Source of the DNA: an uncultured bacterium
GTDB lineage: Bacteria; Patescibacteriota; Patescibacteriia; UBA9570; XYC2-FULL-38-9
DNA length: 64,000 nucleotides
Direction: 5' to 3'
Assembly: GCA_937996685.1 (NCBI GenBank)
Contig: CALKUP010000001.1
Location: 181,571-245,570 of the forward strand
Part shown: positions 49,377 to 58,548 of the stretch, one piece after another
How the letters are laid out: each line of letters starts with the position of its first letter
How positions within the stretch are numbered: the first letter of the stretch is position 1
The notes under the pieces: generated by a model
The model's database searches: none
Seen by the model: only the letters and a program-made list of their open reading frames with translations
Told to the model about the DNA's origin: nothing
Program-made: the position numbers and the translations under genes

Positions 49377-50927
49377 ATGAAACAACTTTTTTACAACGGA
49401 CAATTTTACACCGGCACATTTGAAGCTGATCCAACATCAGCTGATTTTGTATCAGCGATTCTGGTTGAAGACGGAATTATCACCCAGGTCATTAAAAATG
49501 AAGCTGACGTTGCAGAATTACAATCGAGCGTGGACGAAGTAATCGACTGCCGTGGACAGTGGGTGTTACCAGTCTTTGAAGATGCGCATAATCATCCAGG
49601 TAGTCATAGCCGTATTATGTTGGAATGTGATTTGCGCGATACAACAATGTCATGGCAAGAGGCTGTGGAGATAATTCGGCAATACAGCAAGACACAAAAA
49701 CCCGGAGATTGGATTGTTGTGCATGGCTGGAATTCAGCGCAATGGCCGGGTCTCTCAAAAATAGAACTTGATACTATTTCAACAGAGCATCCAATTATTT
49801 TGGCAGACCAAAGTTATCATAGTGGTGTGTGTAACACGCTCGCGGCAAAACATTTTGCACAACACCAACCGTCTGTAGTTATAAGTGATCAAGGCATTCT
49901 TGAAGAAGCGTCATTTGAAACAGCGTTTGATTCAACTGCTCCAGGGCCGGAAGTGTATGCTCGCGCAGTTAAACAATTTCAATTGAACGCCGCACAACTC
50001 GGCATTGGTAGTATGCATGAATTGGAAGTGCGTAGTCAGCAGCAGCTGGCCGCGTTTGCTGAACTTGAAAGAAATGATGAGGCGTTTATGGATGTGCCGA
50101 TTTTTATTACGCCTGCAGTATTTGATACTGATGAAAAACGAAATTTTTTGATTCAATTCATAGAAGAACAAAAACAGTGGAAGCATACACAAATCATCGG
50201 ATTAAAACTGATGATCGATGGTTCATTTGGAAGTTATACTGCAGCGCTCGCAGAGTCATATAAAAATCGAAACACGCATGGTGTTATCCGCACGCAGTTA
50301 GATGAAATTGCGTATTGGGTCGCACAAGCTGAGCAGTTCGGTCTCGCGCAGGTTGCAATGCATTGTATTGGTGATAGGGGAATTGAAACAGCACTGACAG
50401 CCATTGAGGCTCTCAAATCACGGCATCAACAGATACAACTGTGGCGCTTGGAACATGTTGAACTTCCAAGTAACGAGCATATACAAAAAGCAAAAGCGCT
50501 TGGTGTTGTGTTTTGTTTTCAACCAAGTTTTTTATGGGATGCGTTGAATTATGAAGATAGGTTAGGTGAGCGTGTGAATGCGTTAATGCCACTACGGTCT
50601 GTTATTGAGCAGGGACTTCCATTTGTGTTTGGTTCTGATGATCAACCAACTGGTCCAATTGCTGGTATCGATTGGGTGACTCGACGTGCGCCGTCATCTG
50701 CGCAACAAGTGACACGCTTAGAAGCGTTTCGTGCTTCAATTATTGATCCTCCAAAATTATTCACGGACACCTCACTTGATAATAATCGAGGACAGTTGCA
50801 GATTGGATATAAGGCGAATATAATGCTATTTAAAAGTGATGTATTTCAGATAACAGATGAAGTCTTTTATCAAGTGAATCCAAGTGCTGTATATATATCT
50901 GGCATGCTCGTAAGTTCGATGGAATAA
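49377..50927 (+). CDS. Metal-dependent amidohydrolase (YtcJ-like)
   Basis: LPVFEDAHNH, HGWN, KLMIDGSFGSYTAAL, HCIGD, RLEH, FGSD, GYKAN. Confidence 0.88.
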   Translation: MKQLFYNGQFYTGTFEADPTSADFVSAILVEDGIITQVIKNEADVAELQSSVDEVIDCRGQWVLPVFEDAHNHPGSHSRIMLECDLRDTTMSWQEAVEIIRQYSKTQKPGDWIVVHGWNSAQWPGLSKIELDTISTEHPIILADQSYHSGVCNTLAAKHFAQHQPSVVISDQGILEEASFETAFDSTAPGPEVYARAVKQFQLNAAQLGIGSMHELEVRSQQQLAAFAELERNDEAFMDVPIFITPAVFDTDEKRNFLIQFIEEQKQWKHTQIIGLKLMIDGSFGSYTAALAESYKNRNTHGVIRTQLDEIAYWVAQAEQFGLAQVAMHCIGDRGIETALTAIEALKSRHQQIQLWRLEHVELPSNEHIQKAKALGVVFCFQPSFLWDALNYEDRLGERVNALMPLRSVIEQGLPFVFGSDDQPTGPIAGIDWVTRRAPSSAQQVTRLEAFRASIIDPPKLFTDTSLDNNRGQLQIGYKANIMLFKSDVFQITDEVFYQVNPSAVYISGMLVSSME

Positions 50928-50983
50928 AATTCACTCCATTATCACTAGTTGAAATTGCGTAATAATAGGAGTATATTATCTAT

Positions 50984-51204
50984 ACCGTGAGGAATTGACA
51001 TATCCAGCTTCACAAATTGTTTCCTGTATTGATCGTATTTCGAATAGAGCCTTGTTGCTCTCTTCGTTCAGATCACATGCGGTATATACGCGTTTTAATC
51101 AGCACCTGTCCGGGATTTCTCAGATTTGCGTTGTGCGAAACGATGAGCGCTTGCGCAAAGCCCAATTACTTTCAGGAAGCCTGGATATGCAGTTTCGTAG
51201 CGGT
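50984..51204 (+). ncRNA. Putative structured RNA co-transcribed upstream of tRNA-Gly
   Basis: Promoter TTGAAA-17-TATATT (50949-50977); ends pair (CATATCCAG-CTTC with GAAG-C-CTGGATATG, GAATTG/CAGTTT, ACCG/CGGT); internal hairpins. Confidence 0.5.
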
Positions 51205-51208
51205 GCGT

Positions 51209-51283
51209 GCGGGTATCGTATAGTGGCTATTACGCGGCCTTCCCAAGGCTGAAAGAGGAGTTCGATTCTCCTTACCCGCTCCA
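51209..51283 (+). tRNA. tRNA-Gly (anticodon CCC)
   Basis: Acceptor GCGGGTA/TACCCGC, anticodon arm CGGCC-TTCCCAA-GGCTG, T-arm AGGAG-TTCGATT-CTCCT, encoded CCA. Confidence 0.97.
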
Positions 51284-51423
51284 ACAAAGTAGATCACCAA
51301 AGTGCTTTGTATTTATGGGTATTTTGGTCCTAGGAAAATGTACTGATAACAGGAAGGTGCGAACTGATAAGAGAAATATGATATAGTGCTGAGGATATAT
51401 AACAATACACGCATCATCATTCT

Positions 51424-52398
51424 ATGAAAATCATTGAACCGCGTCCCAATATTATAACTGGAGTGAACGAGCAAGTCCCAAAAGAACCTCTATTTGACCC
51501 AAATGTGGTAGAGGCTCGAATGGATGAAACATCTGCCAGGAATTTTCTTTCAAATGAAGGCCCTCTACGCGGAATGGAGCCAGATGCTGCGCGCATTATT
51601 TTGCAATTTTCTGATGATTTTCCTGATGAAATGATTACATGGGCGCAACGGGTTTGTTCCAGTCATGAACGCCGCCGAGCAGGCAGTGTATTGCCTTCAG
51701 ATTATTCAATAAAAGCATGGCCATATGTTGGTGTAGACGGACAAACGTATACAAGGGAAGAATTAGATCGTTTCAGAAAAGAAGCAACGCTTGACCAAGT
51801 TCGTGCATTATTAGGTGATGAGCAATACAAGGAGCGGCGAGAGAAAAGCTACACCATTAGAGATGGTAAACGTTATTTTGAACCAGTAACTAATCCCATT
51901 CGCTCTGTAGAAAATTCAGTTGATGAATATATTAAACGACGTTTTGATGATTATGCATGGGCTGGCTCGCATGCGTTAGAGCTTGCGCGAAGACTCACTC
52001 CCGAAGGGTTTCATCTTGTTGGCGTCGAGTGCGGTAGGGGTATGCAAAAAATTGTGTACGAAATACGACCGAATGAATCTGGGCCGTTTCGTTCAGCACT
52101 TGATTTTATGCCAGAAAATAATAAGTCGGGTGGACGCCAATACACAAGCGATGAGAAAATTGCAGAATACGTAAGAAGCAAGGGGATTGTTGCAAACATC
52201 GTGCTCTATGATGATGGGGCAAATCGCGGGATATATGTTGAAGGCACTGCACCCGGAGCAGATATTTCTGCTATCGAAGCTATTGCTAGGAAGTTTGTTG
52301 GAGATTTTGGAGAAGAATACAATGGAGGTAACTTAGAAACGAACAAAAAGATTATTGCGCCAAATGGCGAGGCAATTGAATTTAATGAACCTATTTAG
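51424..52398 (+). CDS. Hypothetical protein (324 aa)
   Basis: Long ORF with its own TGATATAGT -10-like element. Confidence 0.7.
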   Translation: MKIIEPRPNIITGVNEQVPKEPLFDPNVVEARMDETSARNFLSNEGPLRGMEPDAARIILQFSDDFPDEMITWAQRVCSSHERRRAGSVLPSDYSIKAWPYVGVDGQTYTREELDRFRKEATLDQVRALLGDEQYKERREKSYTIRDGKRYFEPVTNPIRSVENSVDEYIKRRFDDYAWAGSHALELARRLTPEGFHLVGVECGRGMQKIVYEIRPNESGPFRSALDFMPENNKSGGRQYTSDEKIAEYVRSKGIVANIVLYDDGANRGIYVEGTAPGADISAIEAIARKFVGDFGEEYNGGNLETNKKIIAPNGEAIEFNEPI

Positions 52399-52400
52399 AA

Positions 52401-52468
52401 TACATCTCAGCTCTAACGTGGCAGGCGGCCTCTGCTCCAATAAAGTCGCCTCACACGGCGATTTTTTT
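52401..52468 (+). repeat. ~68-bp post-gene repeat, copy 1
   Basis: TCAGcTCTAACGTGGCAGGCGG..cTGCT.CAA..AAAGT.GCCTCA...GGCG-T-run. Confidence 0.75.
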
Positions 52469-52508
52469 ATTTTTACCTCACAGCAGGAGTCTGATATACT
52501 CTTTTTAT

Positions 52509-53564
52509 ATGAAAGAATCACAGAATCTTACTTCACCATCGGGTATAGCAAAGGCAGAAAAAAAGGCTATTGTTCGACCATTTCCTCTACTACAGGACTT
52601 GTTCAAATTTGCACAAAAAGAAGGCATTCATGATGCTGGTTTTCGTTATCAGGGCGAGAGGGCTGACGTGGTTACCGCTGAGCTTCCAGAAACATTCCAA
52701 CCGCTCACAGAAGATTTTCCAGCAAAATATTTTGTGGTTGCGTATGAAGATCGACGTGGTGAGTATTATGCAGAAGGTACAAGACACCAGCTTGTTCGTC
52801 TTTCTACAGTGGAACGCCCTTCATCCACAGATGCGAGAACACGAGAAATGGATTTGATTCTTCCCGATGATAAACGCGCAGATCGTATCCGGGTGACTGT
52901 GAGAGAAGCAGTGAAAGAAAAAAGTTTTGAAGAGATCAATCAAAAAAATGATGATGGATTAGATCAGCCACACGGCAGCGCGCGGTATACATATGAAATT
53001 GATGCGAGCGGAAAGCGTCACCCAAAGAAGTTTGAATTTGATCGGCTCGATGAAGGGCTCTTTGATCTTGGTGGGGATAATTATAAACCAGTGCGATGGG
53101 TACGCGATCTCTTGATTGAAAAAGGTGAAGATGGTGAGGATCAGATTCAGTACAACGATTTATACATTCTCAATAGAAGCAATAACCCAGGAGATGAAAG
53201 CAGAGCGAGTGTGCAAACATCTTTAATTGGTACATTTGAAAGCCCTCGAAGTGTTGTTGTTGAGATTGGTTTTGGGCCAATGGAAACAGCTCGGGTATTA
53301 TTTCACGATGAAGAAAAAAATATCACATTGTTTTTGCATCAATCAGTGAGAACAGAGGATTCTATTGCAATACTCAAAGACGACCCAGTATACACTGAGC
53401 TTTTAAATGCTTCACCAAAACCAGAAGCATTTATTGAAAAAATCCGCGCAAGATGTCAGATGTTAAAAGATGATTGGGCAAACCCACAGTCTGTCTATGA
53501 TGATTCCCCGGTCATTGCAGAACGACCATTGGTAATTGCTCAGGATGAATCAGCTGTAGAGTAG
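52509..53564 (+). CDS. Hypothetical protein (351 aa, acidic)
   Basis: Long ORF; TGATATACT ends 8 nt before the ATG. Confidence 0.7.
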   Translation: MKESQNLTSPSGIAKAEKKAIVRPFPLLQDLFKFAQKEGIHDAGFRYQGERADVVTAELPETFQPLTEDFPAKYFVVAYEDRRGEYYAEGTRHQLVRLSTVERPSSTDARTREMDLILPDDKRADRIRVTVREAVKEKSFEEINQKNDDGLDQPHGSARYTYEIDASGKRHPKKFEFDRLDEGLFDLGGDNYKPVRWVRDLLIEKGEDGEDQIQYNDLYILNRSNNPGDESRASVQTSLIGTFESPRSVVVEIGFGPMETARVLFHDEEKNITLFLHQSVRTEDSIAILKDDPVYTELLNASPKPEAFIEKIRARCQMLKDDWANPQSVYDDSPVIAERPLVIAQDESAVE

Positions 53565-53565
53565 G

Positions 53566-53633
53566 TATATTCAGTTCTAACGTGGCAGGCGGTTCCTGCT
53601 TCAAGAAAAAGTTGCCTCATAAGGGCGTTTTTT
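53566..53633 (+). repeat. ~68-bp post-gene repeat, copy 2
   Basis: Shares an identical TCTAACGTGGCAGGCGG core and downstream hairpins with copy 1. Confidence 0.75.
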
Positions 53634-53704
53634 GTAACAAGAAAGATGAGAGTCTTCTAATGCCCAAATGTACAATAGGAGCCTTTTTTTGTTATACTTT
53701 TTAT

Positions 53705-54454
53705 ATGAAAATCCTGACAGTCAATATTTGGAATGGGGGCAGAATCTGGGATTCGTTGATTCCATTTATTCAAAAACTACAACCAGACATCATCTTCATG
53801 CAAGAAGTATTTGACTCTCCCCGTGAAGATGTCGAACAACGCTTCCGCTCAACGCAAGGGATCAGAGATACGCTGAAATATCCCTATGATCATTTTACTC
53901 CAGCGTTTATTAACGCAGTAGAGGTCGGTGATGTAGTAGAAGGCTTGATGATTCTTTCAAAATTTCCGATTGTTGAAAATGATACGTTCTATCTATATGG
54001 TGAGTATGGAAGAAGAGATTTGCAAACACCAGACGGATTTAGGTCGACTCCGCGTATTTTACAGCATGCTGTTGTTGAGTATGAAAACAAGAAATTACAT
54101 CTATATAACATTCACGGGATATGGGACGAGCATGGCGACGACACACCATTGCGCTTAGAAATGGCAAAAGATATCTTGTCATATATCGATGATGCTGAAT
54201 ATGTAATTTTAGGTGGGGACTTTAATGTACAACCAGACACAAAAACAATTCGCATGATAGAAAGCACATTTACTAATGTGCTACGAGGAGAAACGGAAAC
54301 GACGTTTAATATGAAACGAAAAGAAAACCTCGCTTTTGGAAAAGCGATCGCCGACATGTTTTTTGTAAGTAATAATGTGACTGTAACGGAAAAAACAGTG
54401 CACCATGTAGACGTATCAGATCATTTGCCGTTATCGATTGAGGTTGAGCTATGA
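53705..54454 (+). CDS. Endonuclease/exonuclease/phosphatase family protein
   Basis: TVNIW, DIIFMQEV, GGDFN, SDHLP; start moved to ATG 53705. Confidence 0.88.
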   Translation: MKILTVNIWNGGRIWDSLIPFIQKLQPDIIFMQEVFDSPREDVEQRFRSTQGIRDTLKYPYDHFTPAFINAVEVGDVVEGLMILSKFPIVENDTFYLYGEYGRRDLQTPDGFRSTPRILQHAVVEYENKKLHLYNIHGIWDEHGDDTPLRLEMAKDILSYIDDAEYVILGGDFNVQPDTKTIRMIESTFTNVLRGETETTFNMKRKENLAFGKAIADMFFVSNNVTVTEKTVHHVDVSDHLPLSIEVEL

Positions 54455-54841
54455 AAGAACTAATTAGTGGAATTGCGATTGTGCTGACATTTGCGAGATA
54501 CGATCAAAGGTAAAACACGACCGCATATATACACGTGGTTTGTTTGGGGCTTGGTGCCATTTATTATATTTGCGCTACAAGTGAGCGATAATGCTGGTGC
54601 GGGGTCGTATGTAACACTTGCTGCTGGAGTAGTGTGTATGATTATTTTCAGACTTGGCCTGCGTCAAGGTAAAAAAGACATCACGTTCATAGACACCGCT
54701 TTATTTATTTCATCATTTATTGCTCTTGAACGATACACCATTATTACGGCCGCCTTCCCAGTAACCTGGACAATCGCGAATACATTTTTTGTTCTCTTTC
54801 TTGTGCTACGACGAATGCAGTTGAAGTTGATAAAGAAATAA
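54451..54841 (+). pseudogene. Frameshifted membrane-protein pseudogene
   Basis: Coupled ATG 54451 reads MKELISGIAIVLTFARYDQR-stop; hydrophobic continuation (RDTIKGKTRPHIYTWFVW...) is in another frame. Confidence 0.55.
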
Positions 54842-54879
54842 CCTCAATTCCACAATTTGTTTGATGCAGATATTTGACG

Positions 54880-54948
54880 TTGACTTTATTTTATACGGGT
54901 GATACGTTATTGTGTCGCTGATTCTTTTAATTCAGTGCTCTTTTTATC
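54880..54948 (+). promoter_or_regulatory. Promoter plus boxA-like motif
   Basis: TTGACT-17-TACGTT (extended TG), TGCTCTTTTTAT at 54936-54947, then a long hairpin ~54952-55006. Confidence 0.55.
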
Positions 54949-55079
54949 GATCGTTGAGGAAATAAGTCGCTTTCAATATGTGTAAAGGCGTTTTATTCCC
55001 TCAGCGGTCATTCATCGTTATCAATGAGATCAAGTCACATTAATCGTTTGCTGAGGGGCATGCGATTTTGGGAGGATTC

Positions 55080-55484
55080 ATGGAAGACGGACAGTTCGGA
55101 ACTCCTCGTGAACATGCAACGTTCATGGGCATCACCATGGGCTACTGGATCTTCATCATCGCGCTTCTCCTCGGAGGCAGCGCGGTGGTGATGGTGACCA
55201 AGCCGGTCTTCCTCGGCTTCGAGCGGGAGATCTATACCAACTCACGTCAGTACACCGATGCGAAGGACGTGCAACTCCTCGCCTGGATCGCCGAGTACTC
55301 GGAGCTCGTCACGGAGAAGGCGAGGCTCGAGGCGCAGACGGACGTCGACAACACGACTGTGATTGACGGCATCGACAGCCAGATGCACTTCATGCTCGGT
55401 CGTATCCATGCCGAGGCTGCTCGCGTGTCTCCCGAAGCGCTTTCTTCCACGGTTCGCGAATTCCTCGCGCGCCACAATCTCTGA
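55080..55484 (+). CDS. Membrane-anchored helical protein (GC-rich)
   Basis: GGAGGA SD, single N-terminal TM segment, helical C-terminus. Confidence 0.7.
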   Translation: MEDGQFGTPREHATFMGITMGYWIFIIALLLGGSAVVMVTKPVFLGFEREIYTNSRQYTDAKDVQLLAWIAEYSELVTEKARLEAQTDVDNTTVIDGIDSQMHFMLGRIHAEAARVSPEALSSTVREFLARHNL

Positions 55485-55495
55485 AGGAGGTGAAC

Positions 55496-56080
55496 ATGAA
55501 CAAGGCTTTCCTTCGTTTGGCAGCGCTGCTCCTGATGGCGTTGCTGTTCTTCACTGGCACTGGTTGCGACCAAAGCTCGGAAGAGCGCGACCGCGCAGTC
55601 GTTCAAGACCAGCAGAAGCAGTATGGAATTGCGCAGCCGATCCCGAGCTATGATTGGTCCCCGGAACGGGACAACGTGATCCAGCTCTACGACATCCGTA
55701 TGGGAATTGTCGCCACCCACGCCGTTTGGCGAGGCGACACGTCGATCGTTGAAGGCGACTGTCCGGCGATCGGATATCCGATTCCGTACGACACCCAGCT
55801 CACCAACCCGCTGCAAGTGCTGCCTGACAGTGGCCACGAGGTGGTTGAGCAGGCGGAACCGAACGGCTTGTTCTCTTCAAAAAACAGCACGGGCACGTGG
55901 GTGCTGTGTGTTGAGGGCAAGGCAATCGAACCTGTCCTTGTCGAGGGCAAGGTGACGACCTACCCGTATCCGGTGGTTGTCGATTACACAACCAATCGAG
56001 TCACCCGTGCCGTTGGAGGTCGCTCTTCGGTCAAGTTGAAGGTCAATGACAAGCCGCCTTCTCAGCGGAGCAAGCCTTGA
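55496..56080 (+). CDS. Putative lipoprotein (GC-rich)
   Basis: AGGAGGTG SD; signal peptide ending GTG|C; motifs GYPIPY.TQLTNP, QAEPNGLF, GTWV. Confidence 0.75.
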   Translation: MNKAFLRLAALLLMALLFFTGTGCDQSSEERDRAVVQDQQKQYGIAQPIPSYDWSPERDNVIQLYDIRMGIVATHAVWRGDTSIVEGDCPAIGYPIPYDTQLTNPLQVLPDSGHEVVEQAEPNGLFSSKNSTGTWVLCVEGKAIEPVLVEGKVTTYPYPVVVDYTTNRVTRAVGGRSSVKLKVNDKPPSQRSKP

Positions 56081-56281
56081 TCATGTCCTACTACGCCTGA
56101 AAACCACACGACGCGTGTGAGCAGGTGTAGTCACGGCGATGAGTTTCCTTAGGGAGTCTCATCGCTGCCGTTCTTAGTGCCTATGAATGCGTTCGTAGAT
56201 AGTAAAAGCGAGTAACTCACTGGATTGCTGAACAGCTCTATATTTGCTAGAATACAACTCTATTATTGATATATACATCTT

Positions 56282-56893
56282 ATGGGAGTGACCGAAATTC
56301 TGGTTGAATATGCAATTCAAATTATTGACGCAATTGGGTATGTCGGTGTTTTTTTGTTAATGACACTCGAAAGTATGGTTGCGCCAATTCCTAGTGAAGC
56401 GGTGATGCCGTTCGCTGGTTTTTTGATTAGCGACGGAACACTGTCTTGGATGGGTGTCTTGCTTGTGAGTTCTGCGGGAAGTCTTTTGGGAAGTGTGTTG
56501 TCATATTATATCGGTAAATATCTTGGAAATGCTTTTGTGATCCGATATGGAAAATATCTTTTACTGAATGAAGAGCATTTGCTGGCGACGGAGAATTTTT
56601 TCGCAAAACACGGTCCATGGTCTGTGTTTGTCTGCCGGTTTATCCCAGTTGTGCGGCATTTTATTTCTATTCCTGCCGGAATTGCGAACATGAATATCGG
56701 AGCATTTGTGCTCTACACGCTCGTTGGTGCAACAGGCTGGAATATGTTCTTGACCTATGTCGGATTTGCATTGCGAGATAATTGGACAACAATCCAACAA
56801 TACACACACGTGCTTGATATCTTGGTCGTGCTCGGGGTTGTGTGTGTTGGTGTCTATTTTGTGTATTCACAATTACGCAAAAAAAAGATCTAA
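56282..56893 (+). CDS. DedA family membrane protein
   Basis: LESMVAPIPSE, RYGKY, CRFIPVVRHFISIPAG. Confidence 0.92.
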   Translation: MGVTEILVEYAIQIIDAIGYVGVFLLMTLESMVAPIPSEAVMPFAGFLISDGTLSWMGVLLVSSAGSLLGSVLSYYIGKYLGNAFVIRYGKYLLLNEEHLLATENFFAKHGPWSVFVCRFIPVVRHFISIPAGIANMNIGAFVLYTLVGATGWNMFLTYVGFALRDNWTTIQQYTHVLDILVVLGVVCVGVYFVYSQLRKKKI

Positions 56894-56896
56894 ATA

Positions 56897-57811
56897 ATGC
56901 ACATGTCAGATTCACGTCAATTTCCAACTGTTTCCGTTATCGTCCCAGCGCATAACGAAGTTGGGTATATTGAAGCGTGTGTGCAGTCACTGCAAGCGCA
57001 AGAATATGCAGGTGATATTGAAATTCTTGTGGTTGATAATGCGAGTGATGATGCAACTGCCCAAGTGGTGCGTGATCTTGGTGTCCGTGTGGTGACCGAA
57101 ACGACGCGGGGAGTGTGTAGCGCGAGGCAAGCTGGTTCACTGGTTGCGCGCGGTGATTTATTTATTTCAACAGATGCAGACACAACCTTTGATCCGTTCT
57201 GGGTGCAACGTATTGTCGCTGCATTTGGGGATGATGAATCAATTGTCGCGGTGTCTGGATCGTTTCAGTTTGAAGATCGCCCGCGCTGGGGACTACATTA
57301 CAGTCGACTGTTGTTTCGTTTAACCCAGTTTTTTTATCGCATGTTTGGTGTCCCGCTGTACGCGCCAGCATCGAATTTTGCATTTCGTCGCGATGCCTTT
57401 TTGTCGCTTGGTGGATACAACACAACCTTAACGCAAGGTGGAGATGAATACGATATGCTGCGTCGATTGCGCCCACTGGGCCGTGTTGTGTATATGCCAA
57501 ACAATCCTGTCTACACATCAAGTCGTCGGCTGAACCGTGGTTTTTTGTACACAATGTTTGTGACCTTTTTCTATTATTACGTCGGCAGTTATGTGTTGAG
57601 TGTTGTATTGAAACGACAAGTGATTGGATCTGCGCCGATTCATCGAGAAACCTCTATCTCACGTGCGCATCGTTTTTTGTTGTCAGTTGGTGTGCTGGTT
57701 GCGATTGCTGTTGCGTGGAAATGCACAACACTCTCTGTTGGGGAAGTCGTTGAACATCGTGGCGCGGTCGCGCATGCTGTGCGCGTGATTCATCATACAT
57801 CAGCGCGGTAA
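56897..57811 (+). CDS. Glycosyltransferase family 2
   Basis: VSVIVPAHNE, VVDNASDD, TDAD, SSRR. Confidence 0.9.
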   Translation: MHMSDSRQFPTVSVIVPAHNEVGYIEACVQSLQAQEYAGDIEILVVDNASDDATAQVVRDLGVRVVTETTRGVCSARQAGSLVARGDLFISTDADTTFDPFWVQRIVAAFGDDESIVAVSGSFQFEDRPRWGLHYSRLLFRLTQFFYRMFGVPLYAPASNFAFRRDAFLSLGGYNTTLTQGGDEYDMLRRLRPLGRVVYMPNNPVYTSSRRLNRGFLYTMFVTFFYYYVGSYVLSVVLKRQVIGSAPIHRETSISRAHRFLLSVGVLVAIAVAWKCTTLSVGEVVEHRGAVAHAVRVIHHTSAR

Positions 57812-58521
57812 TGTTGTTTGTTCTGCTGATTATTGCGCTTGCTCTATGTATCATCGCGATGCTGTATTGGCTTTTGATGTCGCCGTGGTCTCAAGTGTGT
57901 GGGCGAGTACATGTGCGCCTCACAACAAGTGAAAAAATTGTTGCATTGACCTTTGATGACGGACCAAATGATCCATACACCACTCAGCTGCTTGATATAC
58001 TGGCGGCAGAGCAGGTGCGCGTGACGTTTTTTGTTGTTGGTGAAAATGCTGCGAACAATCCGGCCGTGATCCAGCGGATGCACGCTGAAGGACACATTGT
58101 TGGCAACCATTCATTGAGTCATCAATTTTCTTTGTATTTCCGCGATCGTTTTTTTCGATCGCAAATTGATGCAACACAAGATATTGTGAAACGCATTATC
58201 GGGGTTGCGCCGCTGTATTATCGCTCGCCGTGGTTATTTCGCACACCATGGCTATTGCGCACAGTGCGAGAGCGAGGCCTTGTTCCAGTGTGGGGAGTGT
58301 TTGGCAGCGAGCGTGAAATTGCGCAAGGTGATCCGAAAAAGATTGCTGATCGTGCGTTCAAAAAAGTGCGCCCGGGAACAATCTTGATTTTTCATGATGG
58401 TTTTGATAATCACGGTGGATTCCGTGGTTCGACAGTCGCGGCAATTGCGCTCTTGATCCCGGAGTTAAAAAAAGCCGGGTATCGGTTTGTAACGGTTGAT
58501 GCGTTGCAAGACAAACACTAA
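57811..58521 (+). CDS. Polysaccharide deacetylase (NodB domain)
   Basis: ALTFDDGP, TFFVVG, GNHSLSH, YRSPW, IFHDG; N-terminal TM segment. Confidence 0.92.
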   Translation: MLFVLLIIALALCIIAMLYWLLMSPWSQVCGRVHVRLTTSEKIVALTFDDGPNDPYTTQLLDILAAEQVRVTFFVVGENAANNPAVIQRMHAEGHIVGNHSLSHQFSLYFRDRFFRSQIDATQDIVKRIIGVAPLYYRSPWLFRTPWLLRTVRERGLVPVWGVFGSEREIAQGDPKKIADRAFKKVRPGTILIFHDGFDNHGGFRGSTVAAIALLIPELKKAGYRFVTVDALQDKH

Positions 58522-58548
58522 ACAAGTTACATTCTTGTGATATACTCA

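Noticed and set aside
52401-53633. Integron attC sites for the two post-gene repeats
   Set aside because: They contain CTAAC but have no matching GTTRRRY end, no full-length attC palindrome and no integrase in the window
51284-56200. Prophage or integrative element at tRNA-Gly
   Set aside because: No integrase, no duplicated tRNA 3' end (attR) found and no phage structural genes
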